Below are positions 25,010 through 38,959 of a stretch of DNA of 64,000 nucleotides, one piece after another (the first letter of the stretch is position 1; each line of letters opens with the position of its first letter). The translations under genes and the position numbers were made by a program. The notes under the pieces are model-generated. The model ran no database searches and was not told the origin of the DNA. It saw nothing but the letters and a program-made list of their open reading frames with translations. Origin of the DNA: Centroscyllium fabricii (Eukaryota); contig JBNRSN020000020.1 of the NCBI GenBank assembly GCA_051313645.2, forward strand, positions 98,580,001 through 98,644,000. The letters are read 5' to 3'.

Positions 25010-26125
25010 CAATAGCAAAATACTGCGGATGCTGGAAATCCACAACAACAACAGAAAACGCCGGAGAAGCTCAGCAGGCCAGGCAGCATCGGTGGAGAGA
25101 GAAACAGAGTTAACGTTTCAGGTCGAAGACCTTCCGTCAGAACTGGAAAAAAACAGGAGAGGGGACAGACTTTAAAGCAAGTAGGAGCTGGGGAAATGGG
25201 GAGGGGAGGTCAGCGACAGGATAGCAAGCAGGAGAGATTAAGGGACATTGAGAGATATTCAAGAAACACAGGATGAAGTGTGAACGGCTCTGGCAAAGAG
25301 GAGAAAAAAGAAAAAAGCCCAGACGAAAGTGTGGATTAAAAAAAAAGAGAATATATACAGGTGTATATATATATATATATATATGTGATGGGGCCGATGT
25401 TATGATCTGAAATTGTTGAAATCTATGTTTAGTCCAGAGAGCTGTAGAGTGTCTAAGCGAAAGATGAGGTCCCTCACCACTTTTTCCGATACATTGATGA
25501 ATGTATCAGTGCCGTCTCCTGCTCTCACCCTGAACTAAACAATTTCATTCACTTTGCTTCCAATTTCCACCCTTCCCTCACCTTCACATGGTCCACATCC
25601 GACTCTTCCCTTCCCTTCCTTGACTTCTCCGTCTCCATCTCTGAGGATAGGTTGTTGACTAACATTCACTACAAGCCCACTGACTCCCACGGCTACCTGG
25701 ACTACACTTCCTCCCACCCCGCTTCCTGTAAGGACTCTATTCCATTCTCCCAGTTTCTCCATCTCCGCCGCATCTGCTCCGACGATGCCACCTTCCACAC
25801 CAGTGCTTCCGACATGTCCTCCTTTTTCCCCAACCGGGGATTCCCCTCTACTGTGGTTGACACGGCCCTCGACCGCGTCCGCTCTAGCTCCTGCACTTCT
25901 GCCCTCACCCCTGCCCCTCCCTCCCGGAACCATGATAGAGTTCCCCTTGTCCTCACCCATCACCCCCACCAGTCTCCACATTCAACAGATCATCCTCTGT
26001 CATTTCCACCACCTCCAGCGTGATCCCACCACCAAATGCACCTCCCCTTTCAGCATTCTGCAGGGACCGCTCCCTCCGCGACACCCTAGTCCACTCCTCT
26101 ACCACCCTCAGCACCCCTTCCCCTG
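25010..26125. mobile_element. Penelope-like retroelement: inverted pLTR (-, mutated hammerhead at 25107-25144) plus RT fragment (+)
   Basis: FRYIDE at ~25483; HYKPTDSHGYLDYTSSHPASCKDSIPFSQFLHLRRICSDD is typical of the PLE RT C-terminal region. Confidence 0.85.
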
Positions 26126-27999
26126 GCACCTTCTATACATACAAAACTGCTCTTCCTCCTCCTGGACACGCAGACATGCTCTTTCCTCTCTGCTGCTCAG
26201 CCAGCTACAGATTTCTTTGCGTTTCCAGTCTTGCCACTTTGTTTGATCTGACCTGATACTCGTGGTACTGTCTTTTAATTCAGATGGGTTCCACTTTGAT
26301 CTCTGACACTGATCCCATCTTTGCTTTCATGAACTGTTAAGTTTTGGATTTTAAAATACAATCTTTTTCATTCAAACAGCCCAACAGTTTCTGGAAGAAA
26401 AACAGCTCTAAATCAACGGAAATTTGTGCCTTTTGTTTACTGCCCCAGTAAAGAGAATGTAGCCCAGATCTAACAATGAACCCTCAAAATGCAAAAACTG
26501 CATACTGGGCTCATGCAGGATTCTCACGACTGCGTAAGACTTGGGTGTCGGGAGCCAGAGGCACGAAACGCACATTGGAACTGAGTAAAGGGGTACTGAA
26601 TTTGCATCCAGTTCCTTCGAAGAAGAAAGCAATTTCATTGACGGAGAAACTAGGCATTCTATAATTATCCTGCACATCACTGAAACAACAGGGAGTCTGT
26701 TTTGTGCGAAATCAGAACCCATCACATGCAGCTTTCACGCATAACAGCCAGCCATTTCAACGTGACAATAATCAGAAGTCACATTTCCATCTGACATCAA
26801 ACCATAACAAACTACGTTAAAAAGAATTTTCTAGACAAACAATTTTATTGGCTCAATGTTACAGGAACCAGCTTCACAGTATATATTGCTGCCAGATAGC
26901 TGAGTTGAATGACATGCTCCATGAAAGAACATTTAACACATTAAAATTAGCTACCTGATCTAATTTCACAGGAGGAACAAAGCCAAGTAATTCTCTTTGA
27001 AATAAGGAAAACAAGCTTTTTAACCCTCATTTGGAATAAAATACACTTTTTAAATACACATCATTAAAATAAAAGCACAAATTTCAGAATTTGTGAAAGA
27101 CAAGTACATCGGCCTGGCTGAGACTCAGCAGCAATGATCTGACTCCTCTTCCCATCTCCGCCAGAAGCCTAGCCCTATTACTGAATACCATGCCATTATA
27201 TCCCAGACTGTACCTGATTTCACATGAATATCTTCTCCAATGCTGCTCCAATCTCTTAGTTCCCCAATCCATACTCCCACTTTCTACCTTCTCCCCAAAT
27301 TTCACAAACAGAAATGGTTGCCAGAACCATTGTTTTAGTTTTCTCTTGTCCCACCAAACTCATATCCTCTTATCTTATAGAATCTTACAGTATAGGAGGA
27401 GGCCATTCGGCCCATCGTGCCTGTGCCGGCTCTTTGAACGAGCTCTCCAATCAATCCCGCTCCCTCCACTCTTCCCCCACAGCCCTGCAAATTTTTCCCT
27501 TTCAAGTATTTGTCCAAATCCTTTTTGAAAGTTACTATTGAATCTGTTTCCACCGCCCTTTCAGGCAGCGCATTCCAAATCATAACAACTCGCTGCGTAA
27601 AATATTTCTCCTCAACTCTGCTCTAGTTATTTTGCCAATTGTACTAAATCTGTGCCCTCTGGTTACCGACCCTCCTGCCAGCATAAACAGTTTTTCTCTA
27701 TCTACTCTATCAATACCTTTTATAATCTTGAACACCTCTATTAAATTTCCCCTTAACCTTCTCTATTCTAAGGAGAACAGTCCCAGCGTCTCCAGTCTAT
27801 CCACATACTGAAGTACCTCATGCCTGGTACCGTACCATTCTACTAACTCCTCTCTGCACCCTCTCCAAGAGCTAATTTAATTTAAATCAAATCTTAATTT
27901 CTCTTGCCCAGGCTCTGCTCATTTACTCTTTTGATGTCCTCCTCCATTTTGACGATGACAGATTTTCTGGTTTCAATTGTCAACAATTGATGTCCAATC

Positions 28000-30275
28000 A
28001 CTCTAAATGTCCATCTCTCACAGGACTTCTTGCTTGAGTAATATCTCAACCAGTTTTCATCTACCACCAATCTCCTATGCTTGGCTGAACCTGTTCATAC
28101 CCTCAACAATTTCTCTTTTAATTCCACATAATTTCCCGAAATCAAAAAGGGTCAACTATGGAAGTCCACAACAGCCCCAGTTATGGTTTTCTTTTTGTAG
28201 CATATGTGGAACACTGCTTGTTCCAGTCCTATTCAGAGCAACTCCCATGTCTTTTCTTCTGTTACATTGACAACTGTGTTATTACTGCTTCCTGCTTCCA
28301 CATTGACCTGCAGCAATTCACTGACTGCACTTCCCATTTCCACCAATCACTCAGCTCTACAATGTCCATCTTGAAGTCCTCCCTCCCCACCCCTGGTGGT
28401 GGACTTTTGATCTATATTCCTGAACCGCCATGAATTCACGGGCAGACTTGATAGGCCGACTGGCTTCCTTCTGTATTATTCTATATACTGTTCTATCAAT
28501 TCCCACAACTGGTTGGAATGATTATTTAAATGGAGAGAGATTACAAAATGCTAGTGTTCAGAGGGACCTGGGGGTCCTTGTGCATGAAACACAAAAAGTT
28601 AGCATGTAGATACAGCAAGTAATCAAAAAGGTAAATGGAATGGTGGCCTTTATTTCAAGGCGTATAAAAGCAGGGAAGTCCTGCTACAACTGTACAGGGT
28701 ATTGGTGAGCCCACACCTGGAGTACTGCGTACAGTTTTGGTCTCCTTATTTAAGGAAGGATATACTTGCATTGGAGGCAGTTCAGAGACGATTCACTCGG
28801 TTAATTCCAGAGATCAGGGGTTGACTTATGAAGAAAGGTTGAGCAGGTTGGGCCTCTACTCATTGGAATTCAGAAGAATGAGAGGTGATCTTATCGAAAC
28901 ATACAAGATACTGAGGGGGCTTGACAGGGTAGATGCAGAGAGGATGTTTCCCCTCGTGGGGAAATCTAGGACACGGGGGCATAGTTTCGGAATAAAGGGT
29001 CGCCCTTTTAGAACTGAGATGAGGAGGAACTTCTTCTCTCAGAGGGTCATAAATCTGTGGAATTCTCTGCCCCAGAGAGCTGTGGAGGCTGGGTCATTAA
29101 ATACATTTAAGGTGGAGACAGACAGATTTTTGCAAGATAAGGGAGTGAAGGGTTATGGGGATCGAGCAGGGAAGTGGAGTTGAGGTCGAAGATCAGCCAT
29201 GATCTTGTTGAATGGCGGAGCAGGCTCGAGGGGCCAAGTGGCCTATTCCTGCTCCTATTTCTTATGTTCTTCTGAATTTTTCAACTGACATCTCTTTGTG
29301 AAAACACTTCATCTTGTTTCCTCAGTTTCTTTCTCTGCTTGGACGAGTTCTTTGTCCCCCGCCATGGTTTTCCTTTGCTGTGGTTGACCAGGTGCTCGAT
29401 AATGTCTGTCCCATTTCCTGTGTCCCCACTCTCGCCCCCAATGACGACGGCAGGCTTCCTCTCGGCCTCATTTCCAATTCTACTTGCCGCCACATTCGCT
29501 AGACCATCTTCCGCCAACTGCAATGTAAACCCACCATCAAAGCACATGATTTCCCTTCTGCTCAGCTTTCCAGAGGTACATCTCCCTCATTAACACATTC
29601 ACTTTCCCATCACCTCAGCTCCAGCTACTCCTCTCTGGACACTTTCCAAGGCAACCACAGCAGTTGCAACACCTGTCCAATCCTTTCTTCCCACATTACT
29701 GTCTAGGGCTCTAGACACGCTTCTTGTGGCAGACGGTGATTCAGATGTACTTTCTCAAATCTACTCCACCATATTAGCCGCTCATTTTCAGTCTCTGTAA
29801 TGGGGAAGCCAAGTGCAGCTTGGGCTACTCCTCTGCTCAACATTGCCGACTTATTTGAACGTATCACCTTGACTTCCCTGTGCCTCGTCATAAAAAGCCC
29901 CCTCATTCACTGAACTTTCGATCCTTGTCATCTTGCACTGTTCCAACCAAGCTTAGCCCGCCAATATAAACTGCGACTTCAGCACTTAGCTGACTCCACC
30001 ATTTTCCCACCGGTCTTTCTTATGGATATTCCACTACACTCCCTTCTATTTATGAGCTATTTTACTCACCTTTACTCTGCCTTATGCCTTTTCACAGCCT
30101 GACTGAGATGACCTTTATGAAAAGAAAAAAGTATCAAAAAGTTTACTTGCTTAAAATAACCAATTCTGATGATGGGACTCTATCCAAAATGTAAAACTAT
30201 CTTTGCTTCAGACGCTGACGGACCTGCTGTACATTTCCAGTATTGTCAGTTTTTATTTCCGGTTGACAGCGTATG
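28000..30275 (+). mobile_element. Degraded Penelope-like element interrupted by CR1 (28515-29270)
   Basis: YIDN RT-like motif at ~28263; decayed 3' pLTR with hammerhead remnant at ~30165. Confidence 0.6.
28515..29270 (+). mobile_element. CR1/HER1 LINE 3' fragment
   Basis: [31 protein letters not shown]...FFSQRVINLWNSLP. Confidence 0.9.
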
Positions 30276-31067
30276 CAATTTCTTTTCTTTTTATGTCTAG
30301 GCCGAAGTCAGGGAGACAAGAGAGGATATATTACCAGAGCTGTTGCATAACAGCTTTTCAAAGTAGGCTTGGATGAAAATATTAGAGTATATCACCATCA
30401 CAATTCACGTAAAAATACCATCACAAAGAATCATGATTATCTTGAAAACTTTTTGCCACTCTCTCCCGCTCCATGTCTTGATCATTTTTGAACAAAAAAA
30501 ACTCTTTTGTAATGTGCTCGTGGCACTCCAGATAGCACAAATGTCACACTCAAGAAAAGTATTATTTTTTTGACCTTGAGGAGAAGCACGGTATTTACAA
30601 GCACCTGCCAATCCAGAAATAAAAAACCCAGGACACAACTATTTACAGACTTTGCGACCTTAAGGGACACACCCGTTATATAAAATAATTCATTGCGTGT
30701 TACATGATATAATCTTTTTTTGCTTCAGCCTATCTTCTTGTTTATTGTCAGCCACACCACGGCAGATTCGCTCGTGAGATTTAAACAAGAAGCCCGGATG
30801 GCATCATTGGGGTAACTTCTTGAAGGAGTTACTGAAGCCAACAGTTGTTGGAGTTGAATAGACCTCAACTGAAATAATTAATCTATGGTTCGGATGAAGG
30901 GTCCAGAACCCGAAACGTCAACTCAATTTCTCTCTCCACGGATGCTGCCGGGCCTGCTGAGTTTTTTCCAGCATTTTCTGTTGTTATTTCAGATTTCCAG
31001 CATCTGCATTATTTTGGTATTATAATCTATGGTACTTCAGGGTTGACTGAATGAGAATTCAATTCCT

Positions 31068-31471
31068 TCATAGAAACATAGAAACTAGGAGCAGGAGTAG
31101 GCCATTCGGCCCTTCGAGCCTGCTCCGCCATTCAATGAGATCATGGCTGATCATCCAAACCCAGTACCCCGCCCCTGCCCTCTCCCCATATCCCTCGATC
31201 CCTATCGAGCCTGCACCGACACATATCGCACCCTATCCCCGTAACCCCACATATTCAATCCCCCTAACACTAAGGGTCAATTTATCCTGGCCAATCAACC
31301 TAACCCGCACATCTTTGGACTGTGGGAGGAAACCGGAGCACCCGGAGGAAACCCACGCAGACACGGGGAGAATGTGCAAACTCCACACAGATAGTCACCC
31401 GAGGCCGGATTTGAACCCGGGTCTCCAGTGCTGTGAGACAACAGTGCTAACCGCTGTGCCACCGTGCCGCC
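31068..31471 (-). mobile_element. HE1-type V-SINE
   Basis: Reverse complement of the same SINE. Confidence 0.9.
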
Positions 31472-32410
31472 AATGGCGGGATTAGTAATTCCTCTAAACC
31501 AGCCCCCACCCCAGGAAATGTCTTCAGCACTCACTTTTTACATAAAATCATGAAAGACAGAAATCAAAGGGATGGCAAGGTTGGTACAAATTGTTTTTAA
31601 ACGGTTTGAATTTTAAATAATGTATCACTGAAAAATTTGGCGCAAATGTCTGTTTACAACAAACCACAGCTGCTTTAACACACGGTGACAGTAACACTGG
31701 TGATCAATGAACTGTGACATCATTACTGATAGAGGAATGATCTTTCAGGATTTAGATGGAATTCTATCTACTGTTAAATATAATGCTGAGTCGAAGGTCT
31801 GATAGGGCACAAGAGAAAGGGCCATCCAAGTGATTATGCACCCTGCAGAAATGTTGCACCACAGATTGCTACTATTACAGTATAAATGGGCAATGGTAAC
31901 CTTCATTACCCCAATGCATGGTGTCCCACTGTAACAGCTAAATGCTTCAGTCCATCCTTTACAGCAATGATTCTCAAACTGCAGAATGAGACCGGGCCCA
32001 TTCTCAATGAATACAGTTTAAACATTCCAAATGTAAGTTTAGTTCTATGCTGGTTGGCACAGAGTTATTTCATGCAAAAGAATGCAGAGGTCTAGCATTT
32101 TAAAAAAAGCACACAAGCCACGTCATCTGGAGAGCTTAGTCAAGGCCTGGAGTTTTATTTACAATTTAGGAACTGTAAAAATGACTGTAAATCACACACA
32201 GCATGTGCACTACCTATTGAAGTGGTCATCACAGGCACTGAGGAGTTAAATATCTTAGGTGTTATTACCAGCATCAATATCTACAGCTAGTGGAGCATCA
32301 GAAGCTTTGTGAATCTTTTGATTAGGTGGCCCAGGCAAAGTTTGAGAACCACTGCTGGAGCATATAAACCTTTGTTTCATAATAGTTCCATATTGGAAAA
32401 CAACACGTAC

Positions 32411-32503
32411 AATCTCTTCACCCTCCTTGGGAGAAAAAAAGCGCCCGCCTTCTCCACGCTTTCGCTGCATTGCGTGGCGATGACGTGACTCATGGAGGTA
32501 TTT
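32411..32503 (-). CDS. NFYA: NF-YA exon 9 equivalent (DNA-binding helix A2 and GxGGRF motif)
   Basis: tttttacag|AAA...ATT|gtacgt; 93 nt encoding KYLHESRHRHAMQRKRGEGGRFFSPKEGEEI; the donor position is less certain than the acceptor. Confidence 0.93.
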
Positions 32504-32770
32504 CTGTAAAAAGAAAGAAAAAGCTACAAGGTTTCAGCAATAAACGAACAGCCTTAATGAGGAGACATTTCAACCCAAATGGACAGCCTATTCAACACCA
32601 GCAGATAGAAGTTAGATAACCTGCTTTGCAGGTTGTCTTCATTCTTGGTGCATGAGCATCCTCCGCATTCTATGCCTGGACCCAGGTTGCTGAGAGAGAA
32701 GAAAACACTCGAACATCACCCCTTTAAGAGATGCTCAGGTCATCCATGTGAATTTCCCTTTCAACATAAT

Positions 32771-33539
32771 GGCCCAGAAATTCGGGTCGGGGGCTTCCCA
32801 CGAGTGCAAGCCTCCAACCCACACTTACCGAGCGCGCCAGCCATTGAGCAGCGCCCCCGCATGGAATCCCGATGCGGGGCCTTCCTGAAGTGCCGGCGCG
32901 CTGTGCTCCTGGATCCCAGCGGCAAAGATAGTGCAAGATATCGCGCGGGATCACGTGGGCCATGGAGAGCCAATCGGCGCACAGAATGCTCCATTCATAA
33001 GTTTGACAGGAAGACCTGCCAAACTTATGAATAATACAAACCCCAAAACCTCAGTAAATCTTAATATACATTTGAAAAAAACATCACATTTTTTAAAATA
33101 ACTATCAATCACATAAAGTAGCCAATTTAAACAACAATTAAAAATCTTGAAAAAAATAATTAAAGTATTTAACAGGGCTAAAAATCAACTTACCTTTCTT
33201 TAAAGTATTTAAAAATGAAAAACCTGTGGAATTTTTTTTTAAAATTGAATTAATTCACCACTTACCTGCTGAAAAGGGGTCTTTGCGCTTGAAAATAGGA
33301 GACGTAACTTTTTCCAATACTTACCTGGATAAAGACCTGCGAAAAAAATCGCAAGTGCATTGCGCACCCGCTGCTGCGCACGCGTTCCTGACATTCCGAC
33401 CCCTGAACCCTTCTGTCAGGGGATCGGTAGTGCCAGTTTCGCGTGCATGCGCTGTGCTTGCACGAAACCGCCTCTTCGGATGGGCCTACGGGTGAGTACC
33501 CAGCGCGTACTCACCAGGGGCCATCGGAATTTCTGGGCC
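32771..33539. mobile_element. PIF/Harbinger-like non-autonomous element
   Basis: TIR GGCCCAGAAATTC...GAATTTCTGGGCC; flanks AAT/AAC. Confidence 0.78.
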
Positions 33540-33626
33540 AACATAAAATGCATTTCCCTAGAATATCCCTTAGTTACTTTTCCAGCGCAGGCAGTAGCCC
33601 AAATTTCACAGTAAGCGATGTAAGTA

Positions 33627-34430
33627 TTCAATTCAAGTTTTATTGTCATTGCAGAGTACGAGTACAATACAACGAAACGAAGACTTGCCGCTCCTGAGAA
33701 TAGTGCAAATAAGTTACATACAATAAAGTACATTTCAGGTGTGCAGATACTGGAGTTTTTTGTTACAGTTCAGGAGACTGACAGCCCTGGGGAAGAAGCT
33801 GTTCTTGAATCTGGTCGTGCGGGTGAGGATTGATCTGTAGCGTCTCCCGGAGGGCAGGGGGGGGGGGCGAACAGACTGTGGCTGGGGTGTGTGGGGTCTT
33901 TAATAATGTTCAGAGACCTCCGTAGGCAACATTTGAGGTAGGTGCGTTTGATTGACGGTAGCTGGGTACCGGTGATTCGTTGGGCAGTTTTGACTACCCG
34001 CTGCAGGGCCGAGATGGTGCCGTTTCCATAACAGACTGTGATGCAGCTTGTCAGTATGCTTTCGATTGTGCAGCGGTAGAAGTTGGTGAGGATGCCGGAT
34101 GTCAGCTTGGCTTTCTTCAGCTTCCTTAGGAAGTACAGGCGCTGTTGGGCCTTCTTAATCAGAGAGAAGGTGTTTAGTGACCAGGAGAGGTCTTCCGAGA
34201 TGTGGACCCCGAGGAACTTCAATTCAATTCAAGTTTTATTGTCATTGCAGAGTACTAGTACAATACAACGAGACGAAGAATACAACTTGAAGCTGGACAC
34301 CCTTTCCACCTCAGCCCCTTGGATGAAGATGGGGGTGTGTCTTCTGCTTTTAGTCTTCTGGAAGTCCACTATGATCTCCTTGGTTTCCAGTGCCAGGTTG
34401 TTGTCGGCACACCATCCCACAAGGCGCTTC
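33627..34430 (-). mobile_element. Rex1/Babar LINE 3' fragment with a nested short Rex1 tail
   Basis: KFLGVHISEDLSWS...KKAQQRLYFLRKL; (TTGAA)n tail at ~33627. Confidence 0.92.
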
Positions 34431-34590
34431 TGTGGAGGGATTGTTAGCTGTTTGGGTGAGATCTTGGTCTGAGAAAGATGCTTCCATTCAAAAAATGAAG
34501 TGTTTGTCTCTTTGCTAAGGCGAGATGTGGGAGAGATCAGATTTCTCTCTCCCTTGCATATGTGCTTTCTTTGGATCAACTCTCTTCCAA

Positions 34591-34619
34591 CTGACGAAGG
34601 AGCAGTGCTCCGAAAGCTT
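34591..34619 (+). ncRNA. Minimal type I hammerhead ribozyme core in a Penelope pLTR (pLTR ~34480-34680)
   Basis: CUGACGA-A-GGAGC-AGU-GCUCC-GAAA-GC-UU: perfect helix II and palindromic AGCU helix III; helix I is degenerate. Confidence 0.68.
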
Positions 34620-35954
34620 GTGATTTAAAATAAAACTGTTGGACTATAACCTGGTGTTGTGTGACTTCTTGCATTTGTCAAAAAATGAAGGCAGCCCTTC
34701 AAAGCAGGCAATCTAAATTTCTTAATTTCTTTCAACCACCTATCTGAGGAGACGGACTTCGGATTACACTTAGTAAGAGAGAGAATTTCTCCTGAGCTAG
34801 GTTTTTGGCCTGCATCAATTATAGACCCAGCAAACAATTTCACTGACAAGCCCAGACAGTAACATTTGGTAGACAAGGCCAATCATTAAAAAAAATGCAA
34901 GGTTTGCCCGAGGTGCAGAATTCAAATTAGCAGAATGCCCATTGATATTCCTGGAAGATTTTCCATCTGCTGTATGATAACAGAACATGATACACTGCAC
35001 CATTCAGTGTGCTGAACGTTTAATGCAACACTGGGTATGTATCTCATAGCATATGAAAGGTTGCCAAGCCTTGTGAATACATTTGATTCTATCAATGTGC
35101 ATCAAAGTTCTCAGCGTCAAAATGAACCAGGTGCTCCAACTCCACGCGTACAGGACAGTCAATTCCCAGTTAGCAGGAACTTATGGACTGAAATTTTAAT
35201 TCCATGAATTAATCCATCTGGGAGTTCATGGGGAGTTTTGGTTTATTTAACCCTGAAATTAAGGGACACAAAACAGCCTTTCCTAAAGGAGTAAGGCTTC
35301 TTTTGCCCAGAGCCCCATATTAGCAGAGATTAAGGTTTCTGGGATACTGAGGAGAGGGAGGTCATTCCCATTTCCCCATGAGGCAGCCGTACAACTTCCC
35401 TCGAAGGCAATCAACAGTTTCAATTCTAAAATGGTCTGGAGCCTGAAATGGCTTCACTTGCCCCTACTCTGGGTATTGCACCCTTTTTACAAAGATGCAA
35501 GCATCTTGTTTTAAGGGGTTCATGCATCCACTTACGTGAATGATAGTTGGGTGCCTGTGTGGGAACGGTAGTGGGGTGGAGGGCGGGATGTCAGCTTCCA
35601 TCCAATGCCAAAGACAGGCAGCCTCTTATAGTCTGTACTGCGCTAGTGTAGGGCCCTGTCTCTGCCTCTTGCAGCATATTCTTTGCCAAGTTTACCAAGT
35701 TAACATTGGCATATAAAGGAACATATTTAGGCAAGAACCAATATCCTTAAGGGGCAGAGTCCAAGCTTTTGGATAAAGAAGGATTAACTCCCGATAACTC
35801 TAATTGCGTCCTCCCCACTTTTCCAATTTGGTTGCGAGTTCTCGTTAGAGTAATACATATTTAACAGGAAGGGGGGCATCTTAGAAAATTTGGTCTGACG
35901 TGGAATAAGTTAAAACTCTTCCAGGACAGTTATTTGAATTCTGTGTCTGTGTGT

Positions 35955-36350
35955 GAAACATAGAAGATAGGAGCAGGAGTCGGCCATTCGGCCCCTCGAG
36001 CCCGCTCCGCCATTCAATGAGATCATGGCTGATCATCCAAACTCAGTACCCCGCCCCTGCCCTCCCCCCATATCCCTCGATCCCTCTCGAGCCTGCACCG
36101 ACACATATCCCACCCTATCCCCGTAACCCCACATATTCAATCCCCCTAACACTAAGTGTCAATCTACCATGGCCAATCAACCTAACCCGCACATCTTTGG
36201 ACTGTGGGAGGAAACCGGAGCACCCGGAGGAAACCCACGCAGACACGGGGAGAATGTGCAAACTCCACACAGATAGTACCCGAGGCTGGATTTGAACCCG
36301 GGTCTCCAATGCTGTAAGGCAACAGTGCTAACCACTGCGCCACTGTGCCG
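35955..36350 (-). mobile_element. HE1-type V-SINE
   Basis: Reverse complement of the same SINE. Confidence 0.9.
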
Positions 36351-36660
36351 TGAAGGTGAGTTTGTGACTGTGTAAGCCTTATGTCTGTCCATTTATTCAT
36401 TTCCCAATTTGTTTAATATCATTCCCTTGCTTTTACATATTTTAGTTGAAAAAAAGACAACAGGTAAAATGCTAGTTTGCACCAGCCTTCCTTGTGACAG
36501 TATGCTAGCATATCAGCATTCATAAAGTGCTTGGATCATAGAGACCAGGGATGCTCATTACTAGACTAGTCATGTACCTCCAGATATGGTAGCCCAGCAA
36601 TGGCATACTGAGACCAAGTGTAAACCACTCTGGTGCACAGAGGAACATGACACAGAAGAA

Positions 36661-37322
36661 AAGATAAGATAAGATAAGATAAGATAAGATTTATTGTCAT
36701 TGCATAGTGAGCAAACACAATACAACGAAATGCATTCTTGCAAACTACCCAAGAAACGATGCAGATGTTAAAATGTCCATTGCTTCAAGTCCCAGACTGT
36801 TCAACTCCATGTTGGCCCTGGTGCTCCGACCACGCAGGCTCTGGCGCTCCGAACTCGCCGACCCCCGACGCTACGACCACCTCGGTGACCACGCAGGCAC
36901 CGGCACTCCGACTCTGCAGGCCCCAGTGCTCCGAACTCGCCGACCTCCGGCGCTCCGAACTCACTGACCTCTGACGCTACGACCACCTCGGTGACCACGC
37001 AGGCACCGGCACTCCGACTCTGCAGGCCCCAGTGCTCCGAACTTGCCGACCTCCGGCGCTCCGACCTCGGTGACCACGCAGGCTCTGGCGCTCCGAGCAC
37101 ACCGACCTCAGTGACCACGCAGGCTCCGGCTACGATCTCAAGGCCCCGGCGCTCCGACCATGTCGGCCTCGGTGCATCTCCAATGCAGACATCCCGGTGC
37201 TCCAACAAGTCCGTTGCACTGACTACCACGCCGAACCCGCCAAGCGAACAGACCCAGAACTGCCAGCGGACAGCATCACCCGGGAGACGCAAAGCCGCTG
37301 CGTGTACACGCGCCGCCATCTT
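36661..37322 (-). mobile_element. Non-autonomous Rex1-tailed retroposon with GC-rich VNTR
   Basis: AAGATGGCGGC start, tandem CCTGCGTGGTCACCGAGG units and (TCTTA)n tail. Confidence 0.78.
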
Positions 37323-37454
37323 GCCTCCAACTCCAATTGTTGAAGTAAAGGATAAGGTACTTGGGAAGTACCAGAGGATTGAGTGTATTAAATTGGTCTG
37401 TAGGATTCTTGCAGTCAGTCACTCATAAGGAATGTGTTCCTTGTTTACTTTACA

Positions 37455-38372
37455 ACAAGGCTGTGTGCTGAGCCCCCTCCTCTACTCCCTCTTCACTCAC
37501 GACTGTGCGGCTGTCCATGGCTCCAGCACGATCATCAAGTTTGCGGACGACACCACAGTGGTTGGCCAGATCACCAACAACGACGAGTCAGCCTACAGGG
37601 ATGAGATCCAGCGCCTTGTGGGATGGTGTGCCGACAACAACCTGGCACTGAACACCAAGAAAACTAAGCAGATCATAGTGGACTTCCGGAGGACTGGAAG
37701 CAGAAGACACACCCCCATCTTCATCCAAGGGGCTGAGGTGGAAAGGGTGTCCAGCTTCAAGTTCCTCGGGGTCCACATCTCGGAAGATCTCTCCTGGTCA
37801 CTAAACACCTCCTCTCTGGTTAAGAAGGCCCAACAGCGCCTGTACTTGCTAAGGAAGCTGAAGAAAGCCAGGCTGTCATCCGGCATCCTCTCCAACTTCT
37901 ACCGCTGCACAATCAAAAGCATACTGACAAGCTGCATCACAGTCTGGTATGGAAATTGCACCATCTCGGACCGGAAGACCCTGCAGTGGGTAGTCAAAAC
38001 TGCCCAATGAATCACCGGTACCCGGCTACCGTCAATGGAAAGCATCTACCTCAAACACTGCTTACGGAGGTCTCTGAACATTATTAAAGACCCCACACAC
38101 CCCAGCCACAGTCTGTTCGGCCCCTGCCCTCCGGGAGACGCTACAGATCAATTCGCACCCGCACGTCTAGATTTAAGAACAGCTTCTTCCCCAGGGCTGT
38201 CAGCCTCCTGAACTCTAAAAATAAACTCCGGTACCTGCACGCCTGATAATGTACTTTACTGTATGCAATTTGCATGTAATTTATTTGCACTACTCTCGGG
38301 AGCGTCGAGTCTTCGTCTCGTTGTATTGTAGTAGTACTCTGCAATGACAATAAAACTTGAATTGAATTGAAA
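37455..38372 (+). mobile_element. Rex1/Babar LINE RT 3' fragment
   Basis: QGCVLSPLLYSLFTHDC...IIKFADDTTVVG...KKAQQRLY; CAATGACAATAAA plus (TTGAA)n tail. Confidence 0.93.
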
Positions 38373-38959
38373 TTTCTCTTAATGAAAATGAACACGAAGT
38401 GCAATTGTGGTACCACGGCACAAAGAAGTAGCTTTATTTGGTCGCTGAGTGGAGGGAATACTCTCAGGTGGGAGGACGCTCGTGGAGCATAAATGCTGGC
38501 ACGGACCAACTGGGCCAACTGGCCTGTTTCTGTGCTGTCGACGCCATGTAAAATGAATAAAATTAATTTATTTCTGACTCCTGCAGCATAGTGCTGGGTA
38601 AACATTGGCCTCGCTTGGTGCCGGATGCTTAAGCGGTCAGAATAAACGAGATTAAACCACAGTGCTGTTTTTAGGAGGATTTCAAGGAGCTGAGAAGGTT
38701 TTGGTGCTCATACAACAGAACTGACATCCAGCCTATAAACAAAATAAAGACATAAACCATGGATGATATTTTTCAAGCAAATATATGCAGGCTCCAGTTG
38801 CAATGAGGTTTGTGTTAGTAGTTGAGGCATACAATGCAAGAAAAACAAGCCTAGACCAAATGTGTAATTTTTCCCCCAGTCTTCCAAAATATTGAAATGT
38901 TATTACCAGAATACACATCAGTACAAAACAGGAAGTTCTGGTTCCGGCTGGAGCGGCTG

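Noticed and set aside
27084-27215. Possible alternative NFYA terminal exon on -
   Set aside because: Weak acceptor, an in-frame stop after five codons and no homology; cannot be supported without transcripts
32255-32410. Read-through of NF-YA exon 9 into the intron (EEIVRVVFQ...) as an alternative C-terminus
   Set aside because: A GTACGT donor and a well-matching terminal exon at 18660-18713 exist, and the extension runs into a hAT-like remnant
36801-37428. Long GC-rich ORFs of 145-172 aa
   Set aside because: They arise from the VNTR of a non-autonomous retroposon; repetitive and with no protein-family signature
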